Of a stretch of 43,467 nt of DNA, positions 9,889-19,096 are shown one piece after another. The position numbers and the translations under genes were made by a program. The notes under the pieces were generated by a model that was not told the origin of the DNA, searched no databases, and saw only the letters and a list, made by a program, of their open reading frames with translations. Positions within the stretch are counted from its first letter, which is position 1; every line of letters starts with the position of its first letter. Origin of the DNA: Vitreoscilla sp. (GTDB lineage: Bacteria; Pseudomonadota; Gammaproteobacteria; Burkholderiales; Burkholderiaceae_C); the NCBI GenBank assembly GCA_045810265.1, contig JBJMWF010000316.1, forward strand, positions 1 through 43,467, written 5' to 3'.

Positions 9889-11694
9889 ATGTTGCCGAAC
9901 CCCCAAGACATCTCGCTGCGCCAGGCCACCGCTGCCGACTGGCCCGCGATTGCCGGCTTGCTCCAGGCCAACAAGCTGCCGCTGGACGGCGCCCGGGCGC
10001 ACCTGTCGAACTACGTGCTGGCGCTCGCCAACGGTGAGATCGTCGGCAGCGCCGGAGCGGAGCTCTACGGCGATGTCGCGCTGCTGCGCTCGGTGGCCGT
10101 CGCGCCCGGCCTGCAGCAGCGCGGCATCGGCAGGAGCCTGGTCACGCTGCTGATCGACGAGGCACGCCGCCGCGGCCTGCGCTCCATGCATCTGCTGAGC
10201 GTGACGGCGCCCGAGTACTTCGCGCAATTCGGCTTCAGGCGCGGGCCACGCGAGCTCGCGCCGCCTGCACTGCTTGCCAGCGCGGAATTCCAGGGCGCAT
10301 GCCCGGCCTGCGCCGCCTTCATGACGCTGACCTTGATCGAGCCGGCGACGGAACATCCCGGCTTGCCGGTGGCCGTCCTCGGCGCCGGGCCGGTCGGGCT
10401 GGCCGCGGCGGCCCGCCTGCTGGAGCGCGGGCTGACGCCGCTGGTCCTCGAGGCGGGCGCGACCGTGGGAGCCAGTCTCGTGGACTACGGCCATGTCCGG
10501 CTCTTCTCGCCGTGGCGCTACGACGTGGATCATGCGATGGCGGCGATGCTGGCGCGCAGCGGCTGGACGGAGCCGGATCCGGAGGAGCTGCCGCTGGCGC
10601 GCGACATCGTCGACCGCGTGCTCGTGCCGTTCTCGCGCCTGCCGGGGATCGGTTCGCACCTGCACCTGAACACTCGCGTGCGGTCCATCAGCCGCGAAGG
10701 CTTCGACAAGGTCAAGACGGGCGATCGCGACAAGGCGCCGTTCATCATCCGTGCGCTGCAGGCCGGTGAGCCGGTGCAGTTCAAGGCGCGCGCGGTGATC
10801 GATGCGACGGGCACCTGGGGCACGCCCAACCCGCTTGGCGCGAACGGACTGCCGGCGCTCGGCGAGGCCGAGGCCAGGGAGTCGATCTTCTACGGCATTC
10901 CCGACGTGCTGGGCGCGCATCGCGGCCGCTATGCCGGCCGCAAGACGTTGGTGGTCGGAGCCGGGCACTCGGCCGCGAACGCGCTCCTGTCCCTGGCGGA
11001 GCTCGCGCAGACGGCGCCGGACACGCAGCTGGCCTGGTCCGTGCGAAGCCCGGCGCTGCAGCGCGTCTTCGGCGGTGGCCAGGCCGACGCGTTGCCGGCT
11101 CGCGGGCGCCTGGGCTCGCAGCTGCGCGCGCTGCGCGATCGCGGCGCCCTCGAATTCGTCGCCGGGCTGCGCATCGAGACCTTGCATCGTGAAGCCGACG
11201 GAACGCTGTCGGTGACGGGACTGGACGCGAATGGCGAGGCCCGGACACTCGCCGGCATCGACGAGATCATCTGCGCCACCGGGCAACGCCCCGACCTGGC
11301 GATCACCTCCGAGCTCCGACTGCGGCTGGATCCGTCACTCGAATCGACCGAGGCGCTGGGCCCGCTGATCGATCCCAACGTCCACAGCTGCGGCACGGTG
11401 CGACCGCACGGACATCGCGAGCTTTCGCATCCGGAGCCAAGCTTCTACACGGTGGGCGTCAAGAGCTATGGGCGTGCGCCCACCTTCCTGATGGCGACCG
11501 GGTTCGAGCAAGTGCGATCCGTCGTCGCGGCGATTGCAGGCGACCTGATGGCGGCTGATCGGGTCGAGCTCGAACTGCCCGAGACCGGCGTCTGCGGCAT
11601 TCCCGCGCAAGCCACGGCGGCTGGCGCCGGCGGCTGCTGTGACACGAAGCCCCCTGCGCAGGCCGACGCGCCAAGGGCCCGCTGCTGTGGCTGA
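9889..11694 (+). CDS. Fusion protein: N-terminal ArsN2-type GNAT acetyltransferase plus C-terminal FAD/NAD(P)H flavin monooxygenase (ArsV/ArsO-like)
   Basis: About aa 1-150: ALLRSVAVAPGLQQRGIGRSLV acetyl-CoA motif and EFQGACPACAAFM (ArsN2-like end). Then VAVLGAGPVGLAAA (FAD), VIDATGTW, VVGAGHSA (NADPH), ICATGQRPD, HSCGTVRPHG, KSYGRAPTFLMATG, LPETGVC. One continuous frame; start ATG 9889 after AAGGA. Confidence 0.88.
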   Translation: MLPNPQDISLRQATAADWPAIAGLLQANKLPLDGARAHLSNYVLALANGEIVGSAGAELYGDVALLRSVAVAPGLQQRGIGRSLVTLLIDEARRRGLRSMHLLSVTAPEYFAQFGFRRGPRELAPPALLASAEFQGACPACAAFMTLTLIEPATEHPGLPVAVLGAGPVGLAAAARLLERGLTPLVLEAGATVGASLVDYGHVRLFSPWRYDVDHAMAAMLARSGWTEPDPEELPLARDIVDRVLVPFSRLPGIGSHLHLNTRVRSISREGFDKVKTGDRDKAPFIIRALQAGEPVQFKARAVIDATGTWGTPNPLGANGLPALGEAEARESIFYGIPDVLGAHRGRYAGRKTLVVGAGHSAANALLSLAELAQTAPDTQLAWSVRSPALQRVFGGGQADALPARGRLGSQLRALRDRGALEFVAGLRIETLHREADGTLSVTGLDANGEARTLAGIDEIICATGQRPDLAITSELRLRLDPSLESTEALGPLIDPNVHSCGTVRPHGHRELSHPEPSFYTVGVKSYGRAPTFLMATGFEQVRSVVAAIAGDLMAADRVELELPETGVCGIPAQATAAGAGGCCDTKPPAQADAPRARCCG

Positions 11695-12904
11695 AGGCGT
11701 CGGCCGCACGGTCGCCGCCCTCGGAACGACCCAGACTCTGGCCTGGGCGTCGTCCTACTACCTGCCGGCGATGCTGGCCGTCCCGATGGCGCGCAGCCTG
11801 GGCGTGGGCGTCTCGACGGTGTTTGCCGCGTTCTCGGCTGCCCTGGTGATGTCGGCGGTTCTGGGCCCGTATGCGGGACGGGCGATCGACCGCTGGGGCG
11901 GCAAGCCCGTGCTGAGCGCCAGCAACGTCGTCTTCGCGCTGGGCCTGGTCGCCCTGTCGCAGGCCCAGGGAGTCGGCGGACTGTTCGCGGCGTGGCTCAT
12001 GATCGGCCTTGCGATGGGAGGCGGCCTCTACGAAGCCGCATTCGCGGCCGTCGTCCGCCTGTACGGCTCGGGCTCGCGCGGCGCGATCACCGGCATCACG
12101 CTCGTGGCCGGCTTTGCGAGCACCGTCGGCTGGCCGCTGTCCGCCTTCGTGGAGGCACACGAGGGCTGGCGTGACGCCTGCCTGGCGTGGGCTGCCTTGC
12201 ATCTGGTGCTGGGCCTGCCGCTCAATCTGTCCTTGCCCGGCGCGAGGGCCGCGGCGGTGGAAGCGGCTCCGGCGGCTCTCGGAGGGGCGATGTCTCGCGT
12301 CGAGCAGCCGCACCACCCGCGCGGTGTCGCCATCGCGCTGTCGTTCGTGTTCGCGTCCACCTGGTTCGTCAGCACGGCCATGGCAGCGCACCTGCCGCGC
12401 ATGCTTGAGCTCGCGGGCGCTTCGCTGGCCGCCGCGGTGACGGCGGGCGCGCTGGTGGGGCCGGCGCAGGTCGGCGCGCGGCTGCTGGAGTATGGCTTGC
12501 TGCGGCGCGTGCATCCCTTGCTGTCGGCCCGCATTGCCACGCTGATGCATCCGGCCGGCGCCGCGTTGCTGGCCTTTGCCGGGGCTCCGGCGGCCGCCTT
12601 CGGCGTCCTGCATGGCGCCGGCAACGGCATCCTGACGATCGCCAAGGGCACGCTGCCGCTCGCACTCTTCGGCCCGGCCGGCTACGGCGAGCGCCAGGGC
12701 CTGCTCATGGTGCCGGCGCGCATCGCGCAGGCCTTCGCGCCGCTGCTGTTCGGCTTCTGCCTGGACCGCTGGGGCGCGGGCGCGTTGTGGCTGTCGAGCT
12801 CGCTGAGCGTCGCGGCGTTCGCAGCGTTGGCCTTGCTCCCGCGCGGGAGCCGCCCGTCGCCCTCGGAGCTTCTCGAGGGCGAAGCGCTCAATCCGGGCTC
12901 GTGA
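11687..12904 (+). CDS. MFS transporter, ArsK-like trivalent (organo)arsenical efflux
   Basis: LGTTQTLAWASSYYLPA, GRAIDRWGG MFS motif A, LYEAAFA, ITLVAGFASTVGWP, LVGPAQVGARL, GILTIAKGTLPLALFG. GTG 11687 overlaps the stop of the fusion gene. Confidence 0.85.
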   Translation: MAEGVGRTVAALGTTQTLAWASSYYLPAMLAVPMARSLGVGVSTVFAAFSAALVMSAVLGPYAGRAIDRWGGKPVLSASNVVFALGLVALSQAQGVGGLFAAWLMIGLAMGGGLYEAAFAAVVRLYGSGSRGAITGITLVAGFASTVGWPLSAFVEAHEGWRDACLAWAALHLVLGLPLNLSLPGARAAAVEAAPAALGGAMSRVEQPHHPRGVAIALSFVFASTWFVSTAMAAHLPRMLELAGASLAAAVTAGALVGPAQVGARLLEYGLLRRVHPLLSARIATLMHPAGAALLAFAGAPAAAFGVLHGAGNGILTIAKGTLPLALFGPAGYGERQGLLMVPARIAQAFAPLLFGFCLDRWGAGALWLSSSLSVAAFAALALLPRGSRPSPSELLEGEALNPGS

Positions 12905-13019
12905 CGAGCGCGGGCCTGCGCGGACCTGGCTGTCGCGCAGATGTTTGCCTGCGGCTGCTGGACAGCGCTACATTGGCCCTCGGACCGAGCGGTTGAATGT
13001 CTCGCTTTGGCGACAGTCC

Positions 13020-13046
13020 TCAAGGATGGCGTGGATGGGCCGAAGA
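13020..13046 (+). promoter_or_regulatory. Putative sigma28 (FliA) promoter of the HD-GYP-like gene
   Basis: TCAAG (13020-13024), 14 nt, GCCGAAGA (13039-13046), ending 17 nt before ATG 13064. Confidence 0.55.
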
Positions 13047-13063
13047 CCTGAAAGAGCATTGCC

Positions 13064-14218
13064 ATGAAAAGTACCTCAGATCGCGTTCCACTTGCCGACG
13101 TCCGGGACCTGCTGCACATCGGCAGCCCGCTGCCGTTCAAGGTGCTGGACGCGCAGGAGCGACTGCTTCTCAACGAGGGGCAGACGATCCTGGACGAGGC
13201 GCAGTTCGACGCCCTGATCGATCGCGGCGCCTGGGCCGAGCGCAGCCTGGTCGAAGCGGAGCGCAAGGCGCGCGCGGCGGCCTCATCGGCGCCCATCGTG
13301 GTCCAGCTGTCCTTGTTCGACCGCTGGGAGCGGCTGCTCTGGCAGTTCGACAAGCTGTCGCGCGGCCTGGTGCGCCAGGAGGTTCCCGGCAGCGGCCTGC
13401 CCGCGTTCTTCGAGTCGCTGCGTGGCCTGATCGACAAGGATGCGGACATCGCGCTTTTCCTCTGCACGCGGCAGGAGGATCACCGCTTCGCGCTCTACCC
13501 CTTGCGTCATGCGATCCATTGCGCGGTGCTGTGCACGCTGACCGCCCGCCAGCTTGGCTGGGACGAAGGCCGCATCGCCTCGCTGGGGCTGGCGGCCCTG
13601 GGCATGAACCTGAGCATCCTCGAGCTGCAGGCCACCATGGCCGAGCAGGAGGATCCGCCGTCGAAGAAGCAGCTCGACCTGATCCGCGCGCACCCCGACG
13701 CCTCCGTCGCGCTGCTGCGTGCGGCAGGAATCGTCGACGAGGAGTGCCTGGCCATCATCGCCGATCATCACGAGCAAGCCAGCGGCGCCGGCTATCCGCG
13801 CGGCAGGACCGAGATCCACGAGTGCGCGCGGGTGCTACGCGCCACCGACGTCTACATGGCCAAGATCAGCCCGCGCGCCAAGCGTCCGGAAATCCTGCCG
13901 CAGCTCGCGGTACGCCAGCTGTTCCAGCAGAACCCGGGCGATCCGCTGGCGATGGCCGTCATCAAGACGCTGGGCGTCCATCCGCCGGGCAGCCTGGTCA
14001 AGTTGCGTTCGGGCGAGATCGCCGTCTCGATCCGGCGGCCGCCTGCCGGCACGCATCCGCTGGTGGCCACCCTGAGCGACCGCAACGGCAAGGCCAGCGG
14101 CGACACGCATCGCCGAAACACGGCGGAGCCGGAGTTTGCCGTCGATGCCCCGATGGCCAGCTCCAAGGAGTTCGCGCGCATCATGCCCGAGCGGGTATAC
14201 GGCCTGGTCAGCGCGTGA
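13064..14218 (+). CDS. HD-GYP-like protein with degenerate HD motif
   Basis: DHHEQASGAGYPRG retains HHE/GYP and C-terminal LGVHPPGSLVKLRSGEIAV is present, but the position of the usual AALLHD reads AALGMN. Confidence 0.8.
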   Translation: MKSTSDRVPLADVRDLLHIGSPLPFKVLDAQERLLLNEGQTILDEAQFDALIDRGAWAERSLVEAERKARAAASSAPIVVQLSLFDRWERLLWQFDKLSRGLVRQEVPGSGLPAFFESLRGLIDKDADIALFLCTRQEDHRFALYPLRHAIHCAVLCTLTARQLGWDEGRIASLGLAALGMNLSILELQATMAEQEDPPSKKQLDLIRAHPDASVALLRAAGIVDEECLAIIADHHEQASGAGYPRGRTEIHECARVLRATDVYMAKISPRAKRPEILPQLAVRQLFQQNPGDPLAMAVIKTLGVHPPGSLVKLRSGEIAVSIRRPPAGTHPLVATLSDRNGKASGDTHRRNTAEPEFAVDAPMASSKEFARIMPERVYGLVSA

Positions 14219-14236
14219 GCCTGCACCGCGCGGCGC

Positions 14237-14689
14237 TCAGTGCGCCCGTCGATCTTGAATCTCTGGAAAGCGGCTGCCCGGCGATGCGCGCCGCCGAAGG
14301 CCCGCATGGGCGCGCGCGGCGCGCAGGATCTCTCCCAGCGCCTCGGCCGTCATCGGCTTGGGAACGAAGAAGCTGAAGCCGGCTGCGAGGCACTTGCTGC
14401 GGGCGTCGGGCTCCGCGCTGCCGGTCAGGCAGACGTAGAGCGCGCGGGGCAGTATTCCGTTGCGCTTCGCTTCGGCGAGGACTTCGCAACCGTCCTCTCC
14501 CGGCATCTGTAGATCCAGAAAGACCAGGGCAGGCTTGAACAGCTGCGCGATGCGCAGCCCCATGCTGCCTCCGTAAGCGACCGCTGTCGGGTGTCCCGAG
14601 ATCTGTAGCAGATAGGACAGCGAGTTCGCGGCGTCGATATCGTCGTCGACGACGAGCACGCGGAGCTCGTCGGGTTTGTCGGGGCTCAT
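14237..14689 (-). CDS. Single-domain response regulator (receiver)
   Basis: RVLVVDDD, LVFLDLQMPGEDG, CLTG, GFSFFVPKP. Start ATG 14689. Confidence 0.85.
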   Translation of the reverse strand: MSPDKPDELRVLVVDDDIDAANSLSYLLQISGHPTAVAYGGSMGLRIAQLFKPALVFLDLQMPGEDGCEVLAEAKRNGILPRALYVCLTGSAEPDARSKCLAAGFSFFVPKPMTAEALGEILRAARAHAGLRRRASPGSRFPEIQDRRAH

Positions 14690-14847
14690 GGGTGCCGGGG
14701 TGAGAGTTGCCAATTGCCGGCAATTTGCAGTCCTGCAAGAACGACCGATCAGCCGCGCCGCGACTGCCGGGCAAATGCGGCACTGTCGCGTTGCCATCTC
14801 TGGATAAGCCGATTGAATGATGAAAGGCAGCCGTCGTAGCATGGGCA

Positions 14848-16938
14848 ATGGACTCATCTCGGCCCGTCTCTCGCGTCGTGCCCGGGCATGCCGATCCGAC
14901 GAACGGGCGGCCGGCTGGACACTCGGTCAACATCCTGCTGGTCGACGACAAGCCGTCGAATCTCCTCGTCCTCGAGACCATCCTGGATGAGCTGGGAGAG
15001 CGCCTGGTGCGGGCCAGCTCGGGTGAACAGGCCTTGCTGCTGTTGGCCGACGACGACTTCGCCGTGGTGTTGCTGGACGTCCGGATGCCCACCATGTCGG
15101 GCTTCGAAACGGCACGACGCATCCGCGCGCACCCGAGGGCCAGCCGCACGCCCATCGTTTTCCTGACGGCAACCCAGGAAGACGAGTTCTCGCCGGACGA
15201 GGCCTACGAACTGGGGGCGGTCGACTTCATGACCAAGCCGCTTTCTCCCGCGATCCTGCGGGCGAAGGTGGCAATCTTTGCCGATCTTTTTCGCAAGACG
15301 CATGAGTCGGCACGTGCCGAACGTGACAAGGCGAGCGCGACCATCAAGGCCAAGGACGAACGCCTTCGGCTGATCCTGGACAACACGACCGACTACGGCT
15401 TCGTTCTCGCGGACCTGGACGGCCGGATCACCGAGTGGGAAGGTGGCGCCGCGGCCGTGACCGGATGGAGCGCGGGCGAGGCGATCGGGCAGTCCATCGC
15501 GATGCTTTTCACGTCCGAGGACCGCGACACCGGCGTTCCGCTGGCGGAGATGCAATGCGCCGCCACCAACGGCCGCGCCGCCGATCGGCGTTGGCATCTT
15601 CGCAAGGACGGCGGCCGCTTCTTCGCCGACGGCGTGATGGTGGGCCTGCGCGGCACCGATGGGCGCCTCCAGGGCTACGCCAAGATCTTCCGGGACTCGA
15701 CGTCCGAGCACCTGTCGGCGTCCGAGCTCCAGGCCACGCGGGATCGCGAACACCGTGCGGCGGAGAACCTGCGCAAGCTCGCCGCGGACCTGTCCGAGGC
15801 CAACCGGCGCAAGACCGAGTTCCTGGCGGTGTTGGCGCATGAACTGCGCAATCCGTTGGCGCCGATCCGCAACGGGCTGCAGATCATGAAGCTGATGGCC
15901 GACGCGCCGCCCGCCATGGCCAAGGCGCGCGAGATGATGGACCGTCAGCTCACGCATCTGGTCTCGCTGGTGGACGACCTGCTGGACGTCGCCCGCATCA
16001 CGCAGGGCAAGTTCGAGCTCAAGATCCAGCAGCTGGAACTCGCGCCCGTCGTCATGGCGGCGGTCGAATCCTCCGCGCCGTGGATGGAGATCGGGCAGCA
16101 CGAGCTCACCGTGGAGCTTCCGGACGAGCCGCTGATGCTCGAGGCCGATCCGACGCGGCTGACGCAGGTCTTCTGCAATCTCCTGAACAACGCCGCCAAG
16201 TTCACGCCACCCGGCGGCCACGTCTGGCTGCGCGCCCGCCGCGATGGCGGACAGGCGGTGATCGTCGTGCAGGATTCCGGCATCGGGCTGTCCGCCGACT
16301 CGCTCAGCTCGGTGTTCGACATGTTCAGCCAGGTCGCGGGTCGGCGGGACGACACGCGTGCCGGCCTCGGCATCGGCCTGTCGCTGGTGCGCAGCCTGGT
16401 CGAACTGCACGGCGGCGTGGTCAGCGTCGACAGTCCGGGCGAAGGCCAGGGCAGCGTGTTCGAGGTCAGGCTGCCGCTGTCGCGCAAGGCGGCCGATGTG
16501 CCCGCCGCGCCCGCGAACGAGGCAGAAGCGGACGAGAACCGGCGCAGCTATCGCGTGCTGGTCGTCGACGACAACGTGGACGCCGCCGACAGCCTGGCGA
16601 TCCTGCTGCAGGCGCAAGGCCATGACACCAGCGTCGCGTACGACGGCATAGAGGCCATGGCGCTGGCCGAAGCCTACCGTCCGCAGGTGGTGTTCCTGGA
16701 CATCGGCATGCCGCGCATGAACGGCTACGAAGTGGCCGCGGCATTTCGAAGCACGCCCGGGCTGGATGACGCCGTGCTGATCGCCCTCACCGGCTGGGGC
16801 TCGCAGGAGGATCGGCTGCGTTCGCGTGAAGCCGGCTTCGACCATCACCTGACCAAGCCGGCCAGCGCGGCCGTGCTGTCGCGGCTCTTCACGAACATGG
16901 ATTCGGCCGCGGCCGCGGCCGCACGGCGCCCGGATTGA
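14848..16938 (+). CDS. Hybrid sensor histidine kinase REC-PAS-HisKA-HATPase-REC
   Basis: ILLVDDK...LLDVRMP; PAS (DLDGRITEW, RWHLRKDG); FLAVLAHELRNPL; NLLNNAAKFT, DSGIG, GLGIGL; C-terminal VLVVDDN...FLDIGMP...HLTKP. Confidence 0.93.
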   Translation: MDSSRPVSRVVPGHADPTNGRPAGHSVNILLVDDKPSNLLVLETILDELGERLVRASSGEQALLLLADDDFAVVLLDVRMPTMSGFETARRIRAHPRASRTPIVFLTATQEDEFSPDEAYELGAVDFMTKPLSPAILRAKVAIFADLFRKTHESARAERDKASATIKAKDERLRLILDNTTDYGFVLADLDGRITEWEGGAAAVTGWSAGEAIGQSIAMLFTSEDRDTGVPLAEMQCAATNGRAADRRWHLRKDGGRFFADGVMVGLRGTDGRLQGYAKIFRDSTSEHLSASELQATRDREHRAAENLRKLAADLSEANRRKTEFLAVLAHELRNPLAPIRNGLQIMKLMADAPPAMAKAREMMDRQLTHLVSLVDDLLDVARITQGKFELKIQQLELAPVVMAAVESSAPWMEIGQHELTVELPDEPLMLEADPTRLTQVFCNLLNNAAKFTPPGGHVWLRARRDGGQAVIVVQDSGIGLSADSLSSVFDMFSQVAGRRDDTRAGLGIGLSLVRSLVELHGGVVSVDSPGEGQGSVFEVRLPLSRKAADVPAAPANEAEADENRRSYRVLVVDDNVDAADSLAILLQAQGHDTSVAYDGIEAMALAEAYRPQVVFLDIGMPRMNGYEVAAAFRSTPGLDDAVLIALTGWGSQEDRLRSREAGFDHHLTKPASAAVLSRLFTNMDSAAAAAARRPD

Positions 16939-17073
16939 GACTCGCGCCTGTCGAGCAAGTGGCGGCCTGCCACCCGGTCTGAACTGCCGAGCAGGGCTCG
17001 GTGGACGAGCGTGGCGTTTCGAGGAGAACTGCGCGCCCAAGCCCTGGAGCGAGCGCGATCCGGCGGCGCCCAT

Positions 17074-17100
17074 TTCAGAAAGTCTGCCAGCGGTCGAAAG
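17074..17100 (+). promoter_or_regulatory. Possible sigma28-like promoter of the receptor-yfiR-GGDEF/EAL operon
   Basis: TTCAG (17074-17078), 14 nt, GTCGAAAG (17093-17100); a degenerate match. Confidence 0.35.
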
Positions 17101-17135
17101 AGCGACACGCCAACCGTTTCCGCTCGCGACCTCGA

Positions 17136-19094
17136 ATGTCCGTCTCTTTCCTCCGCGGTTGCCCGCTGCTGCTTCGTATCCTGTTCGGCGGCGCCGCTGC
17201 CTTCGCCACCTGCGCGACGGCCCAGGATCTCGCTTCCCTGCCGCTGGACCGCCTGCTCGACATGCCGGTGTCCGGCGCGTCCAAGTCCACCTCGACCGCT
17301 GGCGAGACCGCCGCGGCGGTGACCGTCATCACCCACGACGAGATACGCGCGCTCGGCTGCCGCACGCTGGCCGACGTGCTCGCCACCGTCAAGGGCGTGA
17401 TGATCACGTCCGACCGCTCCTACGCCTACCTCGGGGTGCGCGGGTTCTATGCGCCGGGCGACTACAACACCCGTGTGCTGCTGCTCATCGATGGCAGCCG
17501 GGCAAACGACGCCCTCTACGACCAGGCGTACGTGGGCAGCGAGTTCCCGGTCGACCTGTCGCTGGTCGAGCGTGTGGAGTTCATCCCGGGGCAGGCCTCC
17601 GCCGTGTTCGGCCCGAACGCCCTGTTCGGCGTGGTCAACGTCGTCACGCGCCAGCCCGCTGCCGGGGCGCCATCGACTGCCGAGGCCACTGCGGGCTCGT
17701 TCGGTCAGAGGAAGCTGCGCCTGGAGCACACGGCCGCGCTGCCGGGTGGCGGACTTGTCCGCGTTTCCGGATCGGCCTCGACGACCGACGGTGAGACCGT
17801 CGTTGCCGACGGCGCCCGGACCCCGCATGGCGATTTCGAGCAAAGGACCAGTGTCTCGCTCGACGCGCGCTATGGCGACCTGACGTTGTCCGCCATCGAT
17901 TCGCATCGAACGCGGGGCAATCCGGCACTGATCGACACCATCGCCGGAGCGCGCGAGACGCGCAACATCGACGACCAGGTGCTGTTCAACCTGGCGTGGT
18001 CGCAGTCGTCGGAATCGGGCGACCAGACGCTGCTCCGCGTGTTCGCCGGCGACTACCGTTTCATCGGCCGCTATGCGATCACCGGTGCACCGATCACGAT
18101 CAACCAGGACATCGCCGTCGCCCACTGGTGGGGTGCGGAGGGCCGCGTGACGTCGTCGCCCCTGGAGGGCCACAAGGTCACCGCCGGCGCGGAATTCCAG
18201 CTCTCGCCCCGGCTTTGGCAGTTCAACGCCGACATCGCGCCGCCCGGCGCGCCCAATCTGGACAAGCAGAATCCGTCCAAGCGTGTCGCGGCATTCGTCG
18301 AGGACCAGGTCCGCCTCGCGCGCCAGTTGACCTTCGATGCCAGCGTCCGGGTCGATGCGACACAGGACTTCGGACACCAGGCCAGCGGCCGCTATGCACT
18401 CATCTGGAAGCCCGAGGACGGCCTGGTGGTCAAGGCGATCCACGGATCCTCGTATCGGCCTCCGAACGATTTCGAGGCCCACTACGAGGTGCAGGGCGAA
18501 GGCGGTTATGTCGAGAACCGCGGCTTGCGCAAGGAGTCGGTGCAGGGCTCGGAACTGAACGTCGAGTGGCACCCGACGCCCAGCGATCGCCTGAGCGCCT
18601 CGATCTACCGCAACAGCGCCCGTGCGCTGATCGTGCAGGTGCGTGACAACGAATCGGACGGCTACATGTTCGCCAACCAGGGCGCCGTGGTGTCGCGTGG
18701 TGCCGAGCTCGAGTGGCAACACGAGTGGTCGGGCGGCGAGCGGGTGCGCGCCAACGGAAGCTTCACGCAGGCGGTCGACCATGGGACTGCCGTGCCGGTC
18801 GCCGCGTTCGCGCCGCATTACCTGGCCAACGTCACGGCCATCGCCCCCATGTCCGCCGGGATCGAGATCGGTGCCACATGGCGCGCCGTCGCCAGGCGCG
18901 GCGGCGCCGGCGCGTACACCGTCGCCGGACTCGCCGTCTCTTCTGCGGAACGGCCGGATGCCTGGTGCTGGTCCTTGGGCGTGGCCAATCTGTTCGACCG
19001 GCGCTACGACGATCCGGGCACCGACCTGCAGGCCCAGCCGACGATCGCCCAGGCGAGCCGAACCTTCGAGCTGACCCTCGCGCGAAATTTCTAG
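17136..19094 (+). CDS. TonB-dependent-receptor-like outer-membrane plug/beta-barrel protein
   Basis: Signal peptide; plug motifs AAVTVITHDEI, VRGF, VLLLIDG, VERVEFIPGQASAVFGPNALFGVVNVVT; NLFDRRY near the end; terminal Phe. Start ATG 17136. Confidence 0.9.
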   Translation: MSVSFLRGCPLLLRILFGGAAAFATCATAQDLASLPLDRLLDMPVSGASKSTSTAGETAAAVTVITHDEIRALGCRTLADVLATVKGVMITSDRSYAYLGVRGFYAPGDYNTRVLLLIDGSRANDALYDQAYVGSEFPVDLSLVERVEFIPGQASAVFGPNALFGVVNVVTRQPAAGAPSTAEATAGSFGQRKLRLEHTAALPGGGLVRVSGSASTTDGETVVADGARTPHGDFEQRTSVSLDARYGDLTLSAIDSHRTRGNPALIDTIAGARETRNIDDQVLFNLAWSQSSESGDQTLLRVFAGDYRFIGRYAITGAPITINQDIAVAHWWGAEGRVTSSPLEGHKVTAGAEFQLSPRLWQFNADIAPPGAPNLDKQNPSKRVAAFVEDQVRLARQLTFDASVRVDATQDFGHQASGRYALIWKPEDGLVVKAIHGSSYRPPNDFEAHYEVQGEGGYVENRGLRKESVQGSELNVEWHPTPSDRLSASIYRNSARALIVQVRDNESDGYMFANQGAVVSRGAELEWQHEWSGGERVRANGSFTQAVDHGTAVPVAAFAPHYLANVTAIAPMSAGIEIGATWRAVARRGGAGAYTVAGLAVSSAERPDAWCWSLGVANLFDRRYDDPGTDLQAQPTIAQASRTFELTLARNF

Positions 19095-19096
19095 CC

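Noticed and set aside
14808-14815. GCCGATTG upstream of the hybrid kinase as another sigma28 promoter
   Set aside because: There is no T(A/C)AAG-like -35 element at the required spacing.
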